Assembly: GCA_029260905.1 (NCBI GenBank)
Contig: JAJDCH010000016.1
Span: 2,985 to 66,984 of the forward strand
Source of the DNA: Candidatus Levyibacteriota bacterium
GTDB lineage: Bacteria; Patescibacteriota; Microgenomatia; Levybacterales; UBA12049
Direction of reading: 5' to 3'
DNA length: 64,000 nt
A program made the translations under genes and the position numbers. The notes beneath the pieces were generated by a model, which saw nothing but the letters and a program-made list of their open reading frames with translations, searched no databases and was not told the origin of the DNA. Positions 59,855-64,000 of the stretch are shown in pieces (within the stretch, counting starts at the first letter, position 1; the number at the start of each line of letters is the position of its first letter).

Positions 59855-61942
59855 ATGAAAAGTTTAGTAATTGTAGAATCACCAACCAAAGCGCGTACCA
59901 TTAGTAAATTTTTGGGACAAGATTTTGATATCAAATTTTCGATGGGGCATATTATGGATTTGCCCAAAAGTCGCATGGCAATTGATATTGAGAATGACTT
60001 TACTCCTCAATACGAAGTAATTGCGGATAAGAAAAAACTGATTTCTGAGCTGAAATCACTTGCGGAAAAAGCAGATAGCATCGTTTTAGCAACTGATCCA
60101 GATCGTGAGGGTGAGGCAATTGCATCGCACATCAAAGAGGTGCTCGTCAAAAATCAAAAATCAAAAATCAAAGAGCAAAAATTTAAGCGGGTTGTCTTTC
60201 ATGAGATTACCAAGGATGCGATAGCTGAGGCATTTAAACACCCAAGAGGTGTGGATGAAAATTTGGTTGATGCTCAAACTGCAAGAAGAGTTTTGGATCG
60301 TTTGGTTGGTTACGAACTCTCACCTGTTCTTTGGCGAAAAGTCCGGCGTGGTCTTTCAGCAGGGCGCGTGCAGTCTGTGGCACTCAGAATGATAGTTGAG
60401 CGGGAGCGAGAGATTGAGAATTTCGCCAAGAGTAAGTATTTTACAATTCATGCGCTTTTGAATAAGCAAAAAGTAATAAGCAATAAACAACAAGAAGAAA
60501 CGGAGTTTGAGCTTTTTGAAATAAATGGGAAGAAAATTGAGTCCAAAGAGACAATTAGTCTTTATGATGGAGAATATACTTTTAGTAAAACAACAATCAA
60601 TAAAAAAGAAGAAGCAGAAAAAATAGTTGCAGAGCTAAATAATTCTGATTTTAAAGTATCAGGTGTTACCTCCAGGCAGTCAAAAAGATCGCCATTGCCA
60701 CCCTATACTACTTCAACTCTTCAGCAGGATGCCAGTAGGCGTTTTGGTTTGTCGGGAAAACGTACTATGAGTCTTGCTCAGAAGCTCTATGAAGAAGGTT
60801 TTATTACTTATCATAGAACAGATTCAATAGCTATCTCAAATCAGGCAATAAAAATGATTAGAAATTTTGCAGAAAAAGAGTTTGGTAGTAAGTATTTGCC
60901 AAGTGGTCCCAGGGTATTCAAGGGAAAGCAAAAAAACGCGCAAGAGGCGCATGAGGCAATCAGGATCACAGATGTCAATCGTCAGTTGTCAGACGTTAGT
61001 GGCGTTCTGGGTGCTGATTATGCAAAACTGTATGGGCTGATTTGGAATAAGGCAGTTGCATCGCAAATGGCTGATGCGCTGATTGAGTCAACAAGCGTAG
61101 TTGTTGATTCTTTTTCTAAGAATCATGAATCAGGAACCAAGGACGATTATAAATTGAGGGCTGCTGGATCAGTTTTGTTGTTTGACGGATTTTTACGTCT
61201 TACGCCTGAGGCGCTCAAAGACAACAAGCTTCCCAAGTTTGAATCAGGCGAGTTATTAAATAAAAAAGATATTTTTTCAACTCCCCATGAAACCGCTCCA
61301 CCTCCTAGATACAACGATGCATCGCTAATAAAGACTTTGGAGGAAAAAGGAATTGGCAGACCATCTACCTATGCGTCAATCATTTCTACGCTAACTGACA
61401 GATCTTATATAGAGCGAGTTGAAAAGAGATTTGAGCCAACACCAATTGGCGCATCGGTTAATGATTTTTTGGTTTTGAATTTTGCCAATATTGATGACAT
61501 ACCTTTTACTGCAGAGATGGAGGAGAATCTTGATGCTGTTGCGGGAGGCAAGAAGCAGTGGGAGGTAATGATGAAGGATTTTTATGGACCATTTAAAGAA
61601 AACATCAAAAAGGCAGAAGGTTCAGATCGGGTTGCAATCGCAGTTGAGCAGACAAATGAATCATGTCCAGAGTGTGGGAAGCCTCTTATAATCAGGCATG
61701 GGAAATTTGGGAAATTTTTTTCTTGTAGCGGATTCCCTGATTGTAAATTCACCAAGTCTTTTACTGAGGAGACAGATGTGTTGTGTCCAAAAGACGGGGG
61801 AAAAGTGATAATCCGCAAGACCCGTAAAGGACGAAAATTTTATGGCTGCGCCAACTATCCCAAATGCGAATTCGCTGCCTGGAAGCTGGAGGATGTGAAA
61901 CAAAATCCAAAAGGCAAAAATCAAAATGCAAAAGGTGAGTAA
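59855..61942 (+). CDS. topA: DNA topoisomerase I
   Basis: IVESPTKA, ATDPDREGE, SAGRVQS, ITYHRTD, GRPSTY, C-terminal Zn ribbons. Confidence 0.97.
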   Translation: MKSLVIVESPTKARTISKFLGQDFDIKFSMGHIMDLPKSRMAIDIENDFTPQYEVIADKKKLISELKSLAEKADSIVLATDPDREGEAIASHIKEVLVKNQKSKIKEQKFKRVVFHEITKDAIAEAFKHPRGVDENLVDAQTARRVLDRLVGYELSPVLWRKVRRGLSAGRVQSVALRMIVEREREIENFAKSKYFTIHALLNKQKVISNKQQEETEFELFEINGKKIESKETISLYDGEYTFSKTTINKKEEAEKIVAELNNSDFKVSGVTSRQSKRSPLPPYTTSTLQQDASRRFGLSGKRTMSLAQKLYEEGFITYHRTDSIAISNQAIKMIRNFAEKEFGSKYLPSGPRVFKGKQKNAQEAHEAIRITDVNRQLSDVSGVLGADYAKLYGLIWNKAVASQMADALIESTSVVVDSFSKNHESGTKDDYKLRAAGSVLLFDGFLRLTPEALKDNKLPKFESGELLNKKDIFSTPHETAPPPRYNDASLIKTLEEKGIGRPSTYASIISTLTDRSYIERVEKRFEPTPIGASVNDFLVLNFANIDDIPFTAEMEENLDAVAGGKKQWEVMMKDFYGPFKENIKKAEGSDRVAIAVEQTNESCPECGKPLIIRHGKFGKFFSCSGFPDCKFTKSFTEETDVLCPKDGGKVIIRKTRKGRKFYGCANYPKCEFAAWKLEDVKQNPKGKNQNAKGE

Positions 61943-61951
61943 AAGTTAAAA

Positions 61952-62374
61952 TTATTCTACTGGACACGCTGCGAATTCGCAGTTTGGGGGGAATCTACCT
62001 ACATATGATCCATCAGGGCAGAGTTTGGCATCAAGTGTGCAGGCTACCTGCTCTTCGGGTGGGATTTCTGAGGATATATTTGGAGTAGGAGAAGCGCTTG
62101 GATTGGGAACTGTCTGAATTTCTTCCACGAAATGCGCGCCATCATCAGTCATACATTGCCGAGGGTATGATTCCATCACGGGATTGCCAGCTGCCACACA
62201 TTCATCAAAGCTTTTAATTGTATTTCCTGTGATCACATTTCGTTCATGATCCCCTAGGCTTTTCTGGTACTCCATTCCTGCGAAGAAGCCGGCAATAGGA
62301 AAGGTGATGAATAGGAGCAGGGCAAGAAGTTTGGAAAAAGGGGTGATAGTGATAAGTGATTTTGGCAGTGGCAT
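61952..62374 (-). CDS. Membrane-anchored protein with small Cys-rich domains
   Basis: TM, 'SFDECVAAGNPVMESYPRQC', 'CTLDAKLCPDGSYVGR.PPNCEF..CP'; start placed at MPLPKS. Confidence 0.75.
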   Translation of the reverse strand: MPLPKSLITITPFSKLLALLLFITFPIAGFFAGMEYQKSLGDHERNVITGNTIKSFDECVAAGNPVMESYPRQCMTDDGAHFVEEIQTVPNPSASPTPNISSEIPPEEQVACTLDAKLCPDGSYVGRFPPNCEFAACPVE

Positions 62375-62516
62375 ATGTCTAAGTATTTCACTATTAACAA
62401 AAAAAATCAATACTTATTACTTAATACAATAGCCTGCAATAGCGGGAAAATGTAGAAAATTAGCCATGGGAAATGCAGGTTTTGGGAGATACAATAATTA
62501 TTGTATAATTGCTCTT

Positions 62517-63065
62517 GTGAAGAAACTTGATGCCAAGAGTCTGCGACTAAGTACGCATGATCCAGAGGAGTATAAAAAGATCAGGAAAAATCCGATATAT
62601 ATAATAGTAGATAACGTGCTTGATACCTACAATATCGGCGCGATTTTCCGCCTTGCGGATGCTGTTGCTGCTGAGCGCGTAATTCTCTGTGCAGGATCTG
62701 AGACCCCGCCAAATCATAGGATAAAAAAGGCAAGTATCAATACCACAGAATGGGTAGCTTGGGAATATTTTCCAACTGCGATTGAGGCAATTAAGGACCT
62801 AAGATCCAAAGTCAAAGATCTCCAGGTAGTGGCGGTTGAGCTAGACAGTCGAAGTATGCCTTATGACAAGATTGATTACAAATCTCCTGTTGCAGTGGTG
62901 GTTGGGCATGAGACGGATGGGGTATCTGAGGATGTTTTGAAGGAAGCAGATTATATCGCAGAGCTACCGATGTATGGAATAAATATTAGCCTTAATGTCA
63001 TGGTAAGTCTTGGGATAGTACTTTATGAAGTAGTTAAAGGGTTAGGGTTGAAGCGTAAGGGGTGA
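62517..63065 (+). CDS. TrmH/SpoU-family RNA methyltransferase
   Basis: NIGAIFRLADA, VVGHETDGV, LPMYG...SLNV; GTG start assumed. Confidence 0.9.
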   Translation: MKKLDAKSLRLSTHDPEEYKKIRKNPIYIIVDNVLDTYNIGAIFRLADAVAAERVILCAGSETPPNHRIKKASINTTEWVAWEYFPTAIEAIKDLRSKVKDLQVVAVELDSRSMPYDKIDYKSPVAVVVGHETDGVSEDVLKEADYIAELPMYGINISLNVMVSLGIVLYEVVKGLGLKRKG

Positions 63066-63141
63066 AATTTATTTTTATGCTTTTAGCTGGTTTGCTTTTG
63101 GTAAGTAAAAAATTGAGTAAATTTGAGAAAAAGAATGAGAA

Positions 63142-63999
63142 TTAGTTCTTCTCGTGGCGCATCAGAAATTCCCAAGCTATTTCTGTGGCATTGATCTCAT
63201 TACTTACTCGTCCGATAAGTAGAACTGGCAGGTATTGAGTGCCCTGTGGCCAAGTGTGTCCCCCTCCGACAATGCGATATAAAATAGCTTCTAAATCATC
63301 ATCTCCCTTGACGCTCCAGCGTTCAACGGTTGTGCCATCATCTGGATCAGTATCTTGAAGGTTGGTTTTTTCATAGTCTTGGGTTTTGCCACCAATTTGT
63401 TCGCTCCAAAAGGCAAATGCATCTTCAACAGCTATGGTGCGAGCACCAGTTAGAAAATACTCAGTCAGCTTCACATCTCCTCCTTGATATGGGATTATTG
63501 GATCATCTGTTCCGTTGATCATCATAACCGATACGGGTGTAGAGGGTTGGCAGCTTGAGTAGACATCTTCAGGAATTGATGCAACTATCATGACGCCTGC
63601 AGCAATTTGTTCTGAGCGTTCACAAATCATGCGTGATACCATTTGACCACCATTTGATGCGCCGACAAAATATATTTTTTTTGGATCTACAGAATAGGTA
63701 TCTACAATCTGATTTAAGAGAGTTGTTAAAAATCCAACATCATCAGCAGTTGATCTGCGCTCTCCAACATTGCCATCATTCCATTTATTGTCTAGACCAT
63801 TTGGATAAATGAGTATTGCTCGGTCTTTATTTGCAAGTGGTGGGAAGGTATGTTTGGTAATTCTATCAATTTTTTCAGCATCTTGCCCTCCTCCATGGAG
63901 AAAGAAAACCACAGGATATTGGTCTCTACGAGGATTGTATCTGTATGGCAGACGGAGTTTGTATGTCCTGTTTTCACCATCGTAGTTTATTTCTTTTTC
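63142..63999 (-). CDS. PHB-depolymerase/LpqP-family alpha/beta hydrolase (5' end outside the window)
   Basis: LHGGG, DDVGF, GASNGG, GT.DP, GGGHTWP; frame open to the window edge. Confidence 0.85.
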   Translation of the reverse strand, partial: EKEINYDGENRTYKLRLPYRYNPRRDQYPVVFFLHGGGQDAEKIDRITKHTFPPLANKDRAILIYPNGLDNKWNDGNVGERRSTADDVGFLTTLLNQIVDTYSVDPKKIYFVGASNGGQMVSRMICERSEQIAAGVMIVASIPEDVYSSCQPSTPVSVMMINGTDDPIIPYQGGDVKLTEYFLTGARTIAVEDAFAFWSEQIGGKTQDYEKTNLQDTDPDDGTTVERWSVKGDDDLEAILYRIVGGGHTWPQGTQYLPVLLIGRVSNEINATEIAWEFLMRHEKN

Positions 64000-64000
64000 T

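Overview
A 64 kb stretch of AT-rich bacterial chromosome in the standard genetic code. Gene content and style point to Patescibacteria (CPR), most likely Microgenomates; this is inferred, not proven. Housekeeping content: an F1-type ATPase cluster, secE-nusG-rplKAJL, rpmG, rpmB, four intact tRNAs, def-fmt, two mreB paralogs (one with mreCD-pbp2), dprA-topA, galU, guaA, a TPP-riboswitch thiamine salvage locus, archaeal-type PEP carboxylase, hexokinase plus SemiSWEET, a cfa plus FAD-reductase pair and three S8 proteases. Many orphan ORFs with their own promoter-like motifs sit between these genes. Main oddities: (1) the ATPase cluster has no subunit a, and its subunit-c-like hairpin lacks the ion-binding carboxylate and is fused to a predicted extracytoplasmic domain; (2) an intact tRNA-Thr(GGT) is nested inside the extended anticodon arm of a second, degenerate tRNA-Thr-like sequence; (3) a PaaX/Cas2-like gene is bracketed by ACGATCGT-centred 42-bp palindromes (three copies); (4) an orphan gene is flanked by a 32-bp direct repeat; (5) heptamer and palindromic elements are inserted in frame in many genes; (6) there is a probable 6S-like RNA. 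All calls come from motif recognition by eye; no searches were run.
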